Positions 62,017 through 64,000 of a stretch of DNA of 64,000 bases are shown piece after piece. The stretch's first letter is position 1. Every line of letters starts with the position of its first letter. The DNA is taken from the NCBI GenBank assembly GCA_038116375.1, contig JAYNUQ010000005.1, forward strand, positions 14,036-78,035. The letters run 5' to 3'. The stretch is from Candidatus Poseidoniales archaeon (GTDB taxonomy: Archaea; Thermoplasmatota; Poseidoniia; Poseidoniales; Poseidoniaceae). The notes under the pieces are model-generated. The model was not told where the DNA came from. It was given only the letters and a program-made list of their open reading frames with translations, and searched no databases. The translations under genes and the position numbers were made by a program.

Positions 62017-64000
62017 ATGTCACGCGTCTTTTCCCGACTTCACCCCTTGTTGGGCGAAGCGCTTCTCGAAAAAGGCTGGAAAGCCACGCCCGTTCAGGAC
62101 CAGGTCATTCCTGACTTGATGAAAGGGCACGACCGCTTGGTCATCGCCCCGACGGGTTCTGGCAAGACGATGGCTGGAATTTTGCCGTTGTTCCATCGTT
62201 GCCTTTCGGAGAATTGGCCATCCCTGTCCATTCTCTACATCACGCCGCTGCGGGCTCTCAACCGGGATGTTGATCGCCGCTTGCGCGAATTGGCCGACGC
62301 TGTTGGTTTGCGCGTGGATGTCCGGCACGGCGATACAACCCAAGCCCAACGAGCCAAGCAGACGAGAAACCCTCCAAATTTGCTGGTGACCACACCCGAA
62401 ACCTTCCAACTCATGTTCAGCGGAAAAAATCTCCGTGCCATGTTGAGCACGGTGCAGGCGGTTGTGGTGGACGAAGTTCACGATTTGGCTGCGTCAGAGC
62501 GAGGTTGGCAGCTGGGTGTAGGCCTTGCCCGACTTGAGGCGCTGGCAGGTCGTAGCGTTCAGCGCCTCGGCCTCTCTGCAACGGTGGGAAATCCCGACGA
62601 GGTAGCAACTTGGCTGTCTTCAGGAAAGGCTCAGCCCCTCATCACGACAGGACAGCGCGTGACTGAATTAACCGTCGAATCGCCCATCCCGACACCCGAG
62701 GATGAAATTGACAGCGTGGAAAGCGCCCTCAGCCCCAAACAACATGCCTCCTACCGACACCTCTGCGACATTCTCCGAACGCAAGCGCCGTGCCTTGTCT
62801 TCGTCAACAGCCGAAGTGACGCCGAGACCCTCTCGACGCGTCTTCAGGCGATGGCGCCCGACCTCAAGATCGGCGTACATCACGGTTCCTTAGCGGCTGA
62901 GACACGGCAGCAGATGGAAGATGAACTGCGAGACGGAACCCTGGCGGGTCTGGTTTGCACCTCGAGTTTGGAACTCGGTATCGACGTCGGCAGCGTGCGT
63001 AGAATCATCCAGGTTCATTCTCCAAAATCGGTGGACAGGATGCTTCAGCGCGTCGGAAGGGCCGACCACCGACTCGGCGGCGTCGGCCGGGGGCACGTCG
63101 TGTCCTGGGACGTGGACCATTTGCTCGAATCGGCAGTGGTCGCCGAACGCGCCATGAAGGGGGACATTGAGCCGGTGGTCTGGCGAAAACGGCCAGCGGT
63201 CATTGCGGCCAACCAACTTGTGTTGATGGCCCACTGTTTCAAGGCCGTCAGCATTGATGAAGCGACTCGGTTGATTGCAGCGTCTCCACAATTTGAGGGT
63301 TGGGAACGACCCGATACCGAAGCCATCCTGCAGGTGTTGGCCGAGCGGTGGGTGCTCCGTTTCACTCCAAAACCGAGCGAATTGCCTTGGTATCGGTGGC
63401 CAAAAGCCGTTTACGGCGTGGCCAAGGAAGACGCCATCGCACGAGGAGAAGACCTTCCAGAGGACCTTCCACTCTATTCAACGCCCGATGAGGAGGTCCC
63501 GAGAATCTACACCGAGCGTACGGTCGACGTGCCCAAACGGTTTGCAAAGGGTTGGTTTTCAACCGCTGGAAAAACGCGGGAATGGGTTTCCAATCATCTT
63601 TCCATGATCCCCGACAAGAAGACCTACCGTGTTCGAGATGCGGTCACACGTCGCAGCCTTGGAAACGTGGACGAAGCCTTTGTTCTCAGTCTGAACAGTT
63701 CGGGCGAAGACGACGACGGCACGCCGCGCCGGTTCGTCATCGCTGGACGCACGTGGCTCATTGTGGACGCTGACCCGGAACAGTCCGAACTCCTCGTTGC
63801 ACCGGTCAGCGACCGCGGCAAGGCGCCTCAGTGGTTGGGAGAACTGCCACCTGTTCCCGAATCGGTGGCCAGAGACGTCGGTTATCTCCGCCACCTGATC
63901 GCCCACGACCTGGGTCTGCTGGAGGCTTGCGAACCGCCGGCCTTGGACCCGCTTGCGCTCGTTCCGTCCCGCACCACGACGCTTTCCGACTATCCACTCG
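62017..64000 (+). CDS. lhr: Lhr-like DEAD/DEAH-box helicase, 3'-truncated by the window edge
   Basis: Read by hand from ATG 62017: APTGSGKT, YITPLRALNRD, TTPE, DEVH, GLSATVG, HHGSL, TSSLELGID, QRVGRA. Absent from the ORF track because there is no stop in the window. Confidence 0.92.
   Translation, partial: MSRVFSRLHPLLGEALLEKGWKATPVQDQVIPDLMKGHDRLVIAPTGSGKTMAGILPLFHRCLSENWPSLSILYITPLRALNRDVDRRLRELADAVGLRVDVRHGDTTQAQRAKQTRNPPNLLVTTPETFQLMFSGKNLRAMLSTVQAVVVDEVHDLAASERGWQLGVGLARLEALAGRSVQRLGLSATVGNPDEVATWLSSGKAQPLITTGQRVTELTVESPIPTPEDEIDSVESALSPKQHASYRHLCDILRTQAPCLVFVNSRSDAETLSTRLQAMAPDLKIGVHHGSLAAETRQQMEDELRDGTLAGLVCTSSLELGIDVGSVRRIIQVHSPKSVDRMLQRVGRADHRLGGVGRGHVVSWDVDHLLESAVVAERAMKGDIEPVVWRKRPAVIAANQLVLMAHCFKAVSIDEATRLIAASPQFEGWERPDTEAILQVLAERWVLRFTPKPSELPWYRWPKAVYGVAKEDAIARGEDLPEDLPLYSTPDEEVPRIYTERTVDVPKRFAKGWFSTAGKTREWVSNHLSMIPDKKTYRVRDAVTRRSLGNVDEAFVLSLNSSGEDDDGTPRRFVIAGRTWLIVDADPEQSELLVAPVSDRGKAPQWLGELPPVPESVARDVGYLRHLIAHDLGLLEACEPPALDPLALVPSRTTTLSDYPL

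Overview
This is a gene-dense, GC-rich archaeal chromosome segment. PolD DP2, PriL, an rps13-rps4-rps11-rpoD operon, MC1, Sec61beta, Hjc, pantoate kinase, a bacterial-core LeuRS, a PlsC-like acyltransferase and large TSP3/CARDB surface proteins point to Thermoplasmatota, most likely Marine Group II (Poseidoniales); this assignment is an inference. The window holds about 52 CDS and one tRNA-Ser(TGA). I saw no CRISPR array, IS element or provirus. Best leads: (1) an A1-type heme-copper oxidase operon in which subunits I-III and SCO each carry extra domains (a Reeler-like CxCH ectodomain on subunit I; SCO split by two DUF4430-like repeats plus an EGF-like module); (2) a possible nucleoid locus (HhH/histone-H1-like protein, small Cys/His basic protein, XerA, MC1, Lrp domain); (3) a CDIN1/C15orf41-like TPD nuclease and an NSUN2-like methyltransferase; (4) a non-canonical TT(C/G)AAG element 29-30 nt upstream of many start codons; (5) an operator-like triple repeat upstream of ribD; (6) a nested-insertion TIGR03790-like surface protein. 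All family calls come from motif recognition by eye, not database searches.
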